A DNA stretch of 64,000 nt from Bacteroidales bacterium (GCA_041737295.1 JBGSSA010000220.1:32170-96169), one strand, 5' to 3'. Positions 26,475-37,800 are shown, numbered from the stretch's first letter. The notes: generated by a model from the sequence alone, not told the origin. Numbers and translations are program-made.

Positions 26475-29400
26475 ATGGTATCTCTCAGGATGCAATTTTC
26501 CAGAATAGCCGGGTTTATCTGTGCCGGACTTATCGGTGCCGCCTCAGCTTATGGCTCTTCCGATAAACCCGGGGATATATTTGCTTTCAAACATCTTACC
26601 ATTGAAAACGGATTATCCTCCAACATTACACATAAGATCATTGAGGATGCATATGGATTTATATGGATAGCCACACAAAATGGTTTAAACCGTTTCGACG
26701 GATCAAATGTAATTCCCTATTTTTATGAGCCTTCCGATACCGGAAGTATTCCCAGCAACGACATATCATCCCTGGCGGTGGATCGCAAAGGAAATCTTTG
26801 GATTGGCACAAAGAGCGGATTGTGTCGTTTCAATTATGCAACGGAAAAATTTGAAAAGCATATTCAGTATGGACCCGGTGAAAGAAATTACATTACAAGT
26901 CTGCATGTTGACAGGAAAGGTCTGTTATGGGTAGGTACCGAACACGGCCTGTTCACTTTCAACCAGGAAGAAAATTCATTTCAGAAAAGGCTTTCTGAAG
27001 GTGAATTAAACCTGTTTGCACCCATGTCCTTTGCTGAAGATGAAAACGGAACCCTATTCGTTGGTACCTGGGAAAAGGGTTTATACCAGATAGCTGAAAA
27101 CCGTGATTTTTTTAGCCGGGAAGTGATTGATATGAGAGATGCCAGTAAAGTATCCGGTTGCAATACGCTTGAAGATATTTTTGTAGACAGAAACAATACG
27201 TTGCTGCTGGGTTCAAAAGAGGGATTGATCAAGGCGACAGTGAATTCAGGACTGGGAAAAAACAAATACAGTTTTTCCTGGCTTTACAGGTATGGTGATG
27301 AGTCCCAGGCTCTGTCCGACCGAAATATTCATGCCCTGTGTGAAGACAATTCGGGAAGATTATGGATTGGCACTGAATATGGTCTGAATATATATGATCC
27401 GAAAACACAGAAAATCACACAGGAGTTTAATGACCCGAATAATCCAAAATCACTGAGTAACAACCTGATTAAATGTATATACAGGGATCGTAACGGGAAT
27501 ATGTGGGTGGGTACTTACCAGGGAGGCGTAAACATTTATTTCCCGAACGAGGAGCGATTCCGAAACTACTTTCCGGATATAAACAATACCACAAATCAAA
27601 GAATGCGATATGTGAAGTGCATTCTTGAAGATAATAAAGGCAATTTATGGATCGGTACTGACCTGGGGTTGTTGCAATTCTCCGATAACGGAAAATTATT
27701 GCGGACTTTCGTTAATAAACCCTCCGATAAATCCTCACTCAATATTGGTGGAGTAAGTGCCCTCTACCAGGATAAAAAAGGAAGGATCTGGGTAGGCACC
27801 TGGGGAGGCGGATTGCATGAGCTTAACCCTGTAACCGGTAAATTCACGCGCCTTCCATGGTTGGACGAGGTGCATAATAATCCGCAATCGCAGGGAGACA
27901 TCAATGTCCGTTCTATTGCTGAAGACAGCAAGGGTAATCTTTGGATAGGACATGTGAGGGGCTTCCTGGATAAGTATTCGCCTGAGACCAAAACGTTCGA
28001 GCATTTCAAGGTAAATATTAAAAATCTCAGTATTAACGCCGTAATTATAGTTGTCAAAATAGATAAGGAAGACAATGTTTGGATTGGCACACAGGGTGGC
28101 GGATTGATAAAATTGGATGCACGCACCAAAAAAATGCAGTATTACGGTATCAATTCCCATGAAAGTGAAAACCATATGCTTTCCATTAACAGCAAGGATG
28201 TGTATTCCCTGCACTTTTCCGGAAATGATACCCTGTGGATTGGTACGGGCAACGGGCTGAACATGTTCAACCTGCGAAACAAAACCACAAAGTATTATAC
28301 TTCGGAAAATGGTTTGTCCAGTAATTTGGTTTACAGCATTTTACAAGACAATTCCGAAAATCTTTGGCTTAGCTCCCTGAATGGCATAAGTAAATTCAAT
28401 CTGAAACGGGAAACATTCATCAATTACAATAACCGGGATGGCGTTCGTATAAACTCCGAAGCGGGCTATAGAAGTTCTACAGGTTGGTTATTTTTTGGAG
28501 GAGTTAATGGCATTAACGCCATTAATCCCGTCTCTATGACTGAGAACAATATTATTCCGCCAATTGCATTGACAGATTTGAAAATTTTCAATAAATCCGT
28601 GCCCATAGGCAGGAAATCTATCCTGAAAAAGCACATAAACCTCACCGATGAAATAATTTTAAATTATAATCAGAATGTACTATCCCTCGAATTTGTCGCT
28701 CTGAATTTTATAAATACTGAAAAAAATCAATATGCATGCAAACTGGAGGGATTTGACATAGAGTGGGTACAATTGGGTTCACATCATGAGGCTCGTTATA
28801 CCAATCTGAATCCGGGTGATTATATACTTCATGTGATCGCGTCAAACAACGATGGATTATGGAACGAGAATGGAAGACAGCTGAAGATTAAAATTCTCCC
28901 TCCCTGGTGGAAAACTTTGTTATTCAGGTTAATGCTTGTAATAAGTGTGTTTTCATTGATCCTTTCCTGGATACTGTTAAGAACATACAGCCTTAAACAA
29001 CAGCACCTCAAATTGCAGAAACTGGTTATAGAGCGCACAGAGGAGATTGAAGAACAAAAAATCAAGCTCCAGGAACAAGCTGAAGATTTAACAAAGACCA
29101 ATCATCTGCTTATTGAAAAACAGAATGAAGTCCAGTCTCAGAAAGAGGCCATAGCCAGACAAAATGAAAAACTTGAAGTAAAAAATAAATTACTTGAAGA
29201 TCAGAATATTAAAATTATTGAACAACGGAACAGGGAGCAGGAAATGGCGAACAAGTTGCATGAAGCTGATCAGATGAAACTTCGTTTTTTCACTAATTTA
29301 TCCCATGAATTTCGGACTCCTCTTACTCTGATACTTGGCCCGCTTGAGAAGCTGCTTTCCGAATTTTCATCACATAACGGTTTTACCGAGCTGGCGCATG

Positions 29401-30872
29401 TCATTCAGCGAAATACACTCCGCTTGATGAATCTCATAAACCAGTTTCTCGATCTTTCCAAATTAGATGCTGGAGTAATAAAACTGAATATTTCAAAAGG
29501 GGATCTGTTCAATTATGTTCATGGCATTGTAAATGCTTACCAATTTGTTGCAAAGCAGAAGAATATTGACTACAAATTTATTTCTCCTGTGGAAGAATAC
29601 TTTTGCTATTTCGACGCGGATAAAATTGAAAAGATCCTTTATAATCTGCTCTCCAATGCATTTAAATTTACGCCGGCCGGAGGAAAAATAACTGTAAGTG
29701 TTGAATTATTGAAAAAAGAGACCGTTTCGGTTGAAAATCCTGATACGCTTAATATTATTGTATCCGATACCGGTAAAGGAATTCCTCCCGAATTACTCAG
29801 CAGGATCTTTGAGCGGTTTTACCAGGTGGACCTTAAAAGCAATAATAAAAATCCCGGTACGGGAATTGGTCTGGCACTTACAGACGATCTTGTACAAATC
29901 TACCGTGGTCAGATTAAGGTTGAAAGTAAACCGGGTGCCGGTTCAACATTTATTGTAACTCTTCCCATTGATGAGTCATCTTTCAGGGAAGAAGAATTCT
30001 CATCGGATATTCCTGATGTTGACCAGTTAAAACACCAGGTCATCGTTTTGGAAGATACTTATTATGATGGTCTCCCTGGTGAAGATAATATGCCTGAAAG
30101 CAAAAAAACAGCAATCCTTATTGTTGATGACAACAAGGATATTCGAAAATATCTGAAGAACAATCTACGTGAAACCTATCAGGTTATTGAAGCCAATGAT
30201 GGAGTTGATGGTCTTGAGAAAGCCCTAAAATACCTTCCGGCGCTTGTTATTTGCGATGTGATGATGCCTGAAATGGACGGTTACGAATTATGTGCAAAAC
30301 TGAAAACCGACATGCGAACCTGTCATATACCGGTAATTATCCTCACTGCCAAAGCTACACCCGGAGACCAGCTTGAAAGTATCGAGACCGGGGCTGATGT
30401 ATATATTTCCAAGCCGTTTGATTTTCTGTTGCTTGGAACACATATTAACCAGCTGATCGTCACCCGGGAACAGCTCAAGGTACTTTACCGGCGGGAGTTG
30501 ACTCTTCGACCCAGTGACATTATTGTGGAATCCACCGATGAGAAACTCATAAACCGGATCATTAAGGTAATGAGCGACAATATCTCAAATCCTGATTTCG
30601 GCGTAGAGGATCTGGGTAGGGAAGTAGGCATGAGCAGAACACATCTTTACAGAAAAATCAAGCAGCTTACCAACCTGACGGCTATTGAATTTGTACGTAA
30701 TATGCGACTCCAGAGGGCCGCTCAACTGTTCAAGCAAAATAAACTGTATGTTGCTGAAGTAGCCTATATGAGCGGATTCAAGGAATTGTCGTACTTCAGA
30801 AAAATATTTAAGGAATTTTATGGCATCTCTCCGCAGGAATACACAAGCAAGGAAAATCAGCACAATTCCTGA
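26475..30872 (+). CDS. Hybrid two-component system regulator (HTCS): periplasmic beta-propeller/Y_Y_Y sensor, histidine kinase, receiver and AraC-type HTH
   Basis: Many repeated propeller blocks (..G.LW[IV]GT..GL..). A TM segment (LLFRLMLVISVFSLILSWILL). H-box FFTNLSHEFRTPLTLILGP. ATPase block GTGIGLALT. Receiver blocks ILIVDDNKDIRKYL and CDVMMPEMDGYEL. HTH block VAYMSGFKELSYFRKIFKEFYGISPQEY. The start is ambiguous: GTG 26454, ATG 26475 or ATG 26490. Confidence 0.9.
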   Translation: MVSLRMQFSRIAGFICAGLIGAASAYGSSDKPGDIFAFKHLTIENGLSSNITHKIIEDAYGFIWIATQNGLNRFDGSNVIPYFYEPSDTGSIPSNDISSLAVDRKGNLWIGTKSGLCRFNYATEKFEKHIQYGPGERNYITSLHVDRKGLLWVGTEHGLFTFNQEENSFQKRLSEGELNLFAPMSFAEDENGTLFVGTWEKGLYQIAENRDFFSREVIDMRDASKVSGCNTLEDIFVDRNNTLLLGSKEGLIKATVNSGLGKNKYSFSWLYRYGDESQALSDRNIHALCEDNSGRLWIGTEYGLNIYDPKTQKITQEFNDPNNPKSLSNNLIKCIYRDRNGNMWVGTYQGGVNIYFPNEERFRNYFPDINNTTNQRMRYVKCILEDNKGNLWIGTDLGLLQFSDNGKLLRTFVNKPSDKSSLNIGGVSALYQDKKGRIWVGTWGGGLHELNPVTGKFTRLPWLDEVHNNPQSQGDINVRSIAEDSKGNLWIGHVRGFLDKYSPETKTFEHFKVNIKNLSINAVIIVVKIDKEDNVWIGTQGGGLIKLDARTKKMQYYGINSHESENHMLSINSKDVYSLHFSGNDTLWIGTGNGLNMFNLRNKTTKYYTSENGLSSNLVYSILQDNSENLWLSSLNGISKFNLKRETFINYNNRDGVRINSEAGYRSSTGWLFFGGVNGINAINPVSMTENNIIPPIALTDLKIFNKSVPIGRKSILKKHINLTDEIILNYNQNVLSLEFVALNFINTEKNQYACKLEGFDIEWVQLGSHHEARYTNLNPGDYILHVIASNNDGLWNENGRQLKIKILPPWWKTLLFRLMLVISVFSLILSWILLRTYSLKQQHLKLQKLVIERTEEIEEQKIKLQEQAEDLTKTNHLLIEKQNEVQSQKEAIARQNEKLEVKNKLLEDQNIKIIEQRNREQEMANKLHEADQMKLRFFTNLSHEFRTPLTLILGPLEKLLSEFSSHNGFTELAHVIQRNTLRLMNLINQFLDLSKLDAGVIKLNISKGDLFNYVHGIVNAYQFVAKQKNIDYKFISPVEEYFCYFDADKIEKILYNLLSNAFKFTPAGGKITVSVELLKKETVSVENPDTLNIIVSDTGKGIPPELLSRIFERFYQVDLKSNNKNPGTGIGLALTDDLVQIYRGQIKVESKPGAGSTFIVTLPIDESSFREEEFSSDIPDVDQLKHQVIVLEDTYYDGLPGEDNMPESKKTAILIVDDNKDIRKYLKNNLRETYQVIEANDGVDGLEKALKYLPALVICDVMMPEMDGYELCAKLKTDMRTCHIPVIILTAKATPGDQLESIETGADVYISKPFDFLLLGTHINQLIVTREQLKVLYRRELTLRPSDIIVESTDEKLINRIIKVMSDNISNPDFGVEDLGREVGMSRTHLYRKIKQLTNLTAIEFVRNMRLQRAAQLFKQNKLYVAEVAYMSGFKELSYFRKIFKEFYGISPQEYTSKENQHNS

Positions 30873-31044
30873 AGTATAGCAGAGTACCTTCCCGGGTTTT
30901 TCTTCTTTTTGTGAATTGTTTCAGTTTGCAGGTTTGAATGATACAAGATGCAAACGATCGGTTCCTGCCTCAATATATTCAATTAAATTGGCTATGAATT
31001 CAGGATTAAGAAGGTATTAATTATAGCAGGTATCTCATTATAGT

Positions 31045-31120
31045 AGTATTAGTTTTAGTTAGTATTAGTTTTAGTTAGTAGTTAGTGGTTAGTATTGGTT
31101 GATTAGTCCAAATTAGTGAG
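31045..31120 (+). repeat. TAG/TTAG-rich tandem repeat: two exact 16-nt units followed by degenerate units
   Basis: agtattagttttagtt occurs at 31045-31060 and again exactly at 31061-31076. It is followed by agtagttagtggtt, agtattggttgatt, agtccaaatt and agtgag. TAG stops occur in all three forward frames. Confidence 0.85.
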
Positions 31121-31150
31121 GTTGCCGGAATTATTCCGGCAACTTTTTTT
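31121..31150 (+). terminator. Intrinsic terminator-like hairpin plus T7 tract, ending 12 nt before the ATG at 31163
   Basis: gttgccggaa (31121-31130) / tta / ttccggcaac (31134-31143) forms a perfect 10-bp GC-rich stem, followed by ttttttt (31144-31150). Confidence 0.7.
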
Positions 31151-31162
31151 AAAAATTACAAC

Positions 31163-34100
31163 ATGAAAACACGAATCATTCCAGTGCTTTTATTAGTCAG
31201 TTCCTTTTCCGGTTTCGCGCAGGACCCATGCATTTCCCGTACCTGGAAAAATTCCTATTTAACTTCCTGGCTGCTGAATGACGGAGGAGTACAGGCAAAT
31301 CACATCCAACATACAATGGACAACATTTTTGTCAGGTCCGACGGAATGGTGGCAACAGTCACAGGCTGGGATGAAGGTGGCTCAAATGTCATTGCATTTT
31401 CCCCCGACGGAAAAATTAAAAGCATTCCGGAAGGATCCGGAACAGGCGGATACGGAAGAATGTCCATGACCGGTGTGGTTTTAGACAAAAACTACATATA
31501 CCAGCTGCTTTCACAGAATGGCTGCGACGGTGCCGTTACAGCAAAAAACAGGAACAACCTCCCGCAATATCCCAAATGTGGCGACCAGTATACCTGGAAA
31601 ACTGTCAGAAGATATAATATCTCAAATGGTTTGTCCGCGCCGTTCAGCAATGGGTATGGCTACAAAGGTGACATGTTGATCGTGCATTCGGGTATCGGTG
31701 ACCTGAACGGTATTGCAATTATCGGAGACAATCTGATCGTATCGGATGAAAGAGGAGATACTATCCGGGTCTACAATAAAAATACGTTATCCTCTGTTCC
31801 TGAATATAAATATCATATTAATGGTGGTGTTGGACAATTGTCTCCTGATAACCACGGGTGCCTGTGGATGCTGCAACCTGAAACCAAAAAAATAATACGG
31901 TTCAACCGGATAAACGGAGATCTTCAATCCCAGGAAATTACATTCCCTGATTCTGTCATACCCTCGGCCTTTTTCGTTGATACATTGCGCAATCGTATAC
32001 TTGTGGCAGACAATGGCATTACCCAGAACATCCGCATCTATGGGAACATATATACAAACCCGCATCCGGAAGCCACTTTCGGAAATACTTTTGGTATCTT
32101 TTCAGACACCGGGGGGAAATATGGACCGTTAAAATTTTTCGATCTGAAAGGCGTTGGCGTTGACTCAGCAGGAAATATATATGTGGCAAACTCCGTTGTT
32201 GGCGGAGGATCGGTACTGCAAGCCTACAAGCCTGATGGAAGCATGTTATGGGACAGAATGGGACTTGCATTTACGGCCACTGCCAGTGCTGATCCAAAAA
32301 ATGTAAGCGAGGTCTATACTTTTGATAAAAAAGTTAAAATGGACTATTCCAAAACTGCACCAGGCACCGAATGGTCATTTGACGCCTATACGCTCAACCG
32401 TTTTAAATATCCGGATGATCCCCGCATACATGGCGGCTTCTTTACCTCCTCCTGGATAAAGTATATTGATGGCCGGAAATTTCTGTTCGCAACAGACATG
32501 TATGCAAGCCAGCTGGCTGGTTTTCGGTTTTCCCCCGGCAGCGAAGTGGCAATTCCCTGCCTGCTGATGAATGTGGGCGGTTGGGATATCAATTCCAATT
32601 ATCCTGTTAATCTGGGTGCGGAAAAGGATTTTATCTGGATGGATAAAAATGGCGATGGATCCATACAATCCGATGAATTCACTTTCAAAGAAGGTTTTGA
32701 TAATCCATTCTCTATGTCGGTATGGGTTGACTCAGCAGGCAATATCTGGAAAGGTGTGCGTGAGAAAGGAGTGCGTTTTATTCCACTAACCGGCGTGAAC
32801 GATGCCGGCGTCCCGTTATACGATTTTGCCGGTTCCAGGCTAATTGACATTTCTAATGGTGCATCAGGTACAAACGGAGTTAAGCGGCTGGTCTATGACG
32901 CTGAAACCGATGAATTATTCATTGCCGGGTTCAGTGATGAAAAACCCGATGTGAAGGCTAACGGGCAATCCACTGATACATGGTGGTGTATGGGATCAAC
33001 AATTTGCATGTATAACAATATTCTTGATACGTTGAAAAAGAATCCCGATACAGATTTCAAAAACATAAAACCTGCCTGGCGGATGTTTGTCCCGTTTGCT
33101 GCCGACGGCGAAACCGGCAGTGAAAAGGATTCAAAATCATTTGTTACAAACGGAGATTATGTTTTTGTTGCCCTGGCCAGATATGGACTGATCAATGTGT
33201 ATAAAAGAAGTAACGGGGAGTATCTGGGACAGATCAAACCGGGTGATGCCGTAAACAGGGAAAGCGGATGGACCGACATTAATTATTCAATCAATGTTTA
33301 CCAGCGCGGAAATGAAACCCTCATTTTTAATGAGGAGAATGCATTCGGAAAAGTTATTCTATACAGGGTCAGCAGCTTTGAAACCAATGATCTTCTTTAT
33401 CCTGATCTCGTTCCGGCTGACCTGAAACTGATAAACCGGCAGGGTGACGTGATAACAGAGCTCCAACCGGATGAGCCCGTAAGATTTGTTGTAACCGTAA
33501 AAAACCAGGGACCCGGATTATCACCCGGCGGAAGCAATTATACCGGAGGAAAAAGCATCCTTGTCGACTTTACAGTGAAAAATACAATCACTAAGGAAAT
33601 AAAAACGTTTGTTTCGGATACATGCACCTCATCCCTTCAATCGGGTGATTCAATAACATTTACCAGTTTCAGCACAAACAAACCATTTGAATGGATGGCT
33701 GAAAAAGGCAGCTTTGAGATAGCGGCCCGTATAAATCCCTTATCCGTTATTTATGAATGTCATAAAGTCAATAATGTTTTGTCGCTTATGATTGACAGTT
33801 ATGATACAGTGGTGATTTCAAAGCATCCGGTATCCGCAACAATCAATACAGGAGAAAATGTATCCTTCTCGGTGGAGGCATTCGGAAAAGATCCGCTGCA
33901 TTTTCAATGGCTGATAAATAACCAGGTGCAGGAAGGGATAAATCAGCCAGTGCTGTTCCTCACAGATGTTTCATACAACCTGAACCAGGCCGCAATCAAA
34001 GTGGTGGTTAGCAACGACCTGGGAAGTGATACAAGCAACATGGCAGTACTCACAGTGCTGAATCCTTATGGTGAATCGAAGCCTGGATTTTTATTACAGC

Positions 34101-34861
34101 AAAAATGGAACGGCATCACAGGAACCCGTGTCAGCGATCTGAAAAACAATACCAATTATCCAAATAACCCGGATGCAATTACCTATATCAATAAATATGA
34201 AGTGGCCACCAATATCGGTGATCAGTATGGGGTCCGCGTCTCGGGATGGCTTTTGCCCCCGGTGACGGGAAATTATGTTTTTTACTTTGCCAGTGATGAT
34301 AACGGCGAACTCTGGCTTAGTACAGATTCACTAAAGGAAAATCTGGGGGAATATCCAATTGCCTGGGTATCAGATTGGACCGATCCAAGGGAATACACGA
34401 AATTTCCGGATGATCAGTGCTCCGATACGATTTTTCTGGAAGGCGGAAGGGCCTATTACACAGCAGCATTTTTTAAAGAACAGGAAGGCGGGGATAATAT
34501 GGCGGTTTGCTGGAGGTTGCCGGATGGAACAATGGAGAATCCGATTCCTTCATCAAGACTGGCCTTTTATACAGATGCGCCGGTGGTTACTTCCAATCCC
34601 GAAACAGATAACTCATCTGAAATGATGATCTTTCCAGTACCGGCTGAATCGTGCTTTTATATCCGGTTGCAAGAAGCCAATGGACCCGTGATATTGTCAA
34701 TTACCGATATTTCTGGGCATGTTGTGAAGCTTGAGACCATAGACAGTTCGGGAATTGCCGACGATCCTGTGGATGTATCTTACCTGCGATCAGGCTTGTA
34801 TATCGTAACAGTTATTAATCGCGGAAAAATGGTTCATGCAAAACTTCTGATCAGCAAATAA
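31163..34861 (+). CDS. Very large secreted protein: beta-propeller-like N-terminal region, CARDB-like, Ig-like and PA14 domains, T9SS C-terminal domain
   Basis: Signal MKTRIIPVLLLVSSFSGFAQ. NHL-like block GNIYVANSVVGGGSVLQAY. CARDB-like block PDEPVRFVVTVKNQGPG. Ig-like block ...PLHFQWLINNQ.... PA14 block GDQYGVRVSGWLLPPVTGNYVFYFASDDNGELWLS. CTD: MMIFPVPAESCFYI...GLYIVTV. Confidence 0.7.
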   Translation: MKTRIIPVLLLVSSFSGFAQDPCISRTWKNSYLTSWLLNDGGVQANHIQHTMDNIFVRSDGMVATVTGWDEGGSNVIAFSPDGKIKSIPEGSGTGGYGRMSMTGVVLDKNYIYQLLSQNGCDGAVTAKNRNNLPQYPKCGDQYTWKTVRRYNISNGLSAPFSNGYGYKGDMLIVHSGIGDLNGIAIIGDNLIVSDERGDTIRVYNKNTLSSVPEYKYHINGGVGQLSPDNHGCLWMLQPETKKIIRFNRINGDLQSQEITFPDSVIPSAFFVDTLRNRILVADNGITQNIRIYGNIYTNPHPEATFGNTFGIFSDTGGKYGPLKFFDLKGVGVDSAGNIYVANSVVGGGSVLQAYKPDGSMLWDRMGLAFTATASADPKNVSEVYTFDKKVKMDYSKTAPGTEWSFDAYTLNRFKYPDDPRIHGGFFTSSWIKYIDGRKFLFATDMYASQLAGFRFSPGSEVAIPCLLMNVGGWDINSNYPVNLGAEKDFIWMDKNGDGSIQSDEFTFKEGFDNPFSMSVWVDSAGNIWKGVREKGVRFIPLTGVNDAGVPLYDFAGSRLIDISNGASGTNGVKRLVYDAETDELFIAGFSDEKPDVKANGQSTDTWWCMGSTICMYNNILDTLKKNPDTDFKNIKPAWRMFVPFAADGETGSEKDSKSFVTNGDYVFVALARYGLINVYKRSNGEYLGQIKPGDAVNRESGWTDINYSINVYQRGNETLIFNEENAFGKVILYRVSSFETNDLLYPDLVPADLKLINRQGDVITELQPDEPVRFVVTVKNQGPGLSPGGSNYTGGKSILVDFTVKNTITKEIKTFVSDTCTSSLQSGDSITFTSFSTNKPFEWMAEKGSFEIAARINPLSVIYECHKVNNVLSLMIDSYDTVVISKHPVSATINTGENVSFSVEAFGKDPLHFQWLINNQVQEGINQPVLFLTDVSYNLNQAAIKVVVSNDLGSDTSNMAVLTVLNPYGESKPGFLLQQKWNGITGTRVSDLKNNTNYPNNPDAITYINKYEVATNIGDQYGVRVSGWLLPPVTGNYVFYFASDDNGELWLSTDSLKENLGEYPIAWVSDWTDPREYTKFPDDQCSDTIFLEGGRAYYTAAFFKEQEGGDNMAVCWRLPDGTMENPIPSSRLAFYTDAPVVTSNPETDNSSEMMIFPVPAESCFYIRLQEANGPVILSITDISGHVVKLETIDSSGIADDPVDVSYLRSGLYIVTVINRGKMVHAKLLISK

Positions 34862-34885
34862 TCCTTGCCTTTAAATCAAAAAGCC

Positions 34886-37800
34886 ATGCGCAGCCTTTAC
34901 CTGTTCCTGCTTTTCCATACGTTTATCATCCTGCCGGCTTTGCCTCAGATGAGAGCACCTGAAGAATGGCTCAACTATGAATCCGTGCTTGGATTGAAAA
35001 ACGGACAACGCTTTTATGATTATGATGTATTATGTAAAGGATCCTCTGCATCAGTTAACGTATTCTGGCCCGGCGAGAAAGCTCATTTTACCTTTCACAT
35101 AACCAATAACACGGATGCCTCGATGATTACCGCCGGCAGGGTGGATATCATCCGGTATGGCTGTAAGGGACTTCCAAATGATATCTGGTTACCCGAAATA
35201 GTCAAAATGGCCGATGTGCAGTCAATACCAATTTCAATTAACCTGGCCCCGAAGGGAGAAACTGACATTGATCTGGAGCCTGCGTTGCCTGAAACTTTCG
35301 GGGGATATGCCGTTGTATTCGACCTTGGTCAACACGGACGCAGACTGGCAACCAGTGTGATCCGCACTTTTAAGCCCAATCCGCGCCCTATTCAATATCC
35401 CAAACAATCACTGGATGACCTGGGCGCTGATTTTTTAAGCCGTATCGGTGTGCAGGCCATACGCATGGGCGTTCCCTATATTCCAACCACCCACCGTGAT
35501 TATGTGCAGGAGATGGAAAAACTCGACAGGCAGCTGCGCGAATACAAAAGCAAGAATATTACGGTGTTGCTCATGTTTGGCGAGGGACCCGCACAAATTC
35601 CACTTGGAAATCCCCGTTCCTTCCTGGATGAAAACGGAATTTATCTTAAAACCAAGCAGGACTATGCCTGGCTTCCATCTTTGGATGCTGATTTTCAGAA
35701 ATTTGTAAAAAACATATGTGTTAAAAACGGTTGGCCACGTGGATGCGTTACAGGCGTCCATCTCTGGAACGAACCCTGGGAGGGCATTTCCATTTCAGGG
35801 TGGCAGGCGGATATGTTGCGATACCGTGAAATCTATACAACCATGGCAGGTGGGGTGCTTGAAGCACGGAAAACCGGGGTGGATGTGTTGATTGGGGGCT
35901 GCGACTCCAACTCCAATGCCTGGGACAAATTGTTCAGTGACGGCACGCAGAAATTCCTCCCCATATTTGATTTTCTATCGATTCATTACCAGGGAATGGA
36001 ATCCCCCTGTCTCTATCCTGGTTGGAATAACCGCAAAGACCATAAAGGCAGAGTGCTGATATGGGATACGGAAAGCTGGGTTGGGAATACGGATGACCGC
36101 ATCGGCACCGTGGTGGCAGTTAACCGTTCAGCAGGATATGACCGTTCAATGGGCATTTATGGAGGATATATGATCTCACGGCCGGATAACGGCAATGCCG
36201 TTCCCTCCGTCTGGTCTCCTGCAGCAGCGATGGGTGCAGTACAGCATATGATTGGTGAACGTGATTTCGGTGAATTGCTTTTCAAAAACGGTCTTCCGTG
36301 GATATTGCTGTTTAATGGCTCTGAAGGGAATGAAGATGACGGTTCGGTGGTTGTGTGCGGCGATATCGGTGAGGCCTTCGGAACCGCAAATGTATTATTC
36401 AGAGGTGTGCATGGAAGCACCGAACCTATGGTCCCGCATTCAGAACAGAAAATTCTGACCGGGGGTAAAATGACAATCAAGGCACATCCTGCGTTCCGGT
36501 TATTTGATTTTTACGGGAACCCTGTTCCTCCAAAAGGTAATATGATGGAGATTCCACTCACCTTTCAGGGTTATTATCTCCGAACTGACGGATCACTCGG
36601 ATCTTTTGAAATACTGAAGACAGCCCTTCAAAACGGTTTTGTTGAAGGATATGAACCCGTTGATATTGTTGCCAGGGATATGACAAGCCGGATTGGTCAG
36701 AATGCGGAGCTCGGAATACAACTTACGAACATTTTGAACCGCACCATTTCAGGAAGCCTGCAGGTGAGTCTGGGTCACCTTACCCTGGAAACACAGGCCA
36801 GTTTTTCACTGGGTGCCAATGAAACACGGATGATTCAGGTACCGGTCATGGCAGGAGAACCGTCACCTGACAATACCTATCGCCTTGAAGTGATCGTCGA
36901 TGCCGGAAAGGACGGAAAAGCATATCACCAGGAGAACATGCACGTAAATGTAATTTCAAAAGGCACCAAAAAAATAGATGGAAATCTGGAGGATTGGGAA
37001 AACAGTATTCCCCATACCGTAACAGCCGGATCGGCCAGCATTTCCGTGACCGAAGCTGCCTGGTATCCCTTCAAAAAATTCGACAAAGAAGCAGAAGGCC
37101 TTGCAACGGGTTTCCTGGCTTATGACGATGATTACTTTTATTTTGCGGCAAAAGTCGCAGACCCTACCCCTCATCCCGGCACCTTGCGTTTTGAAACCCG
37201 CAATGATGACGAGTTTTTTTATCCGGACACCAGCTATAAGCCCGATACCGAATTGTCGTTTAAAAAAACCAATGGCCGAAGGGATGCAGAAGAAAATGAT
37301 CCCCTGGCATTGCAAAATCCGGATGGACCTGGCAGGATCATGAATTACTGGGAACCAGATAAAAACAACATAGGGTTTGGCCTTGATCTGCATTTGCCCC
37401 CGGGAAAAACCACACAGGTGTCGTTTTTCCTGCCAAATATAGATACCTGGCAAACCGGGGTGGAGATCAGGGATGCGGAAACCATGTCGCTGCTTGCCTC
37501 CCATACCTTTGAAAAGCTATGGGAAGGATTATACCTGGTATATGCCATGTCAGGAAATGTCAGGGTTACCTTCAAAGGGAACTGGTGGTATAATGTAAAA
37601 CTGGCCGGCATTTTTATTGACAGCATCAGTAAAAGTTCAACAGATGCCAGTTCGGCAATCCTGATCAAAGAAGACTTCGGGACGAAAGGAAACTGGAAAG
37701 GAATTTATGGCAAAAGCGGATACTGGATCTTCGGGACCAACCCCTCACTCCCGGCCGGAATTACTATGCAGGCTACAGATATTGAAAAGCTGACGCCACT

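Noticed and set aside
30924-30955. Inverted repeat gtttgca...tgcaaac downstream of the HTCS stop, as a possible HTCS terminator.
   Set aside because: The stem is 7 bp with an 18-nt loop and no following T-tract. It is not convincing as a terminator, and its function is unknown.
31045-31120. The tandem repeats could be a CRISPR array.
   Set aside because: The units are 14-16 nt and directly abutting with no spacers. They are degenerate after two copies, and no cas genes are present in the window.
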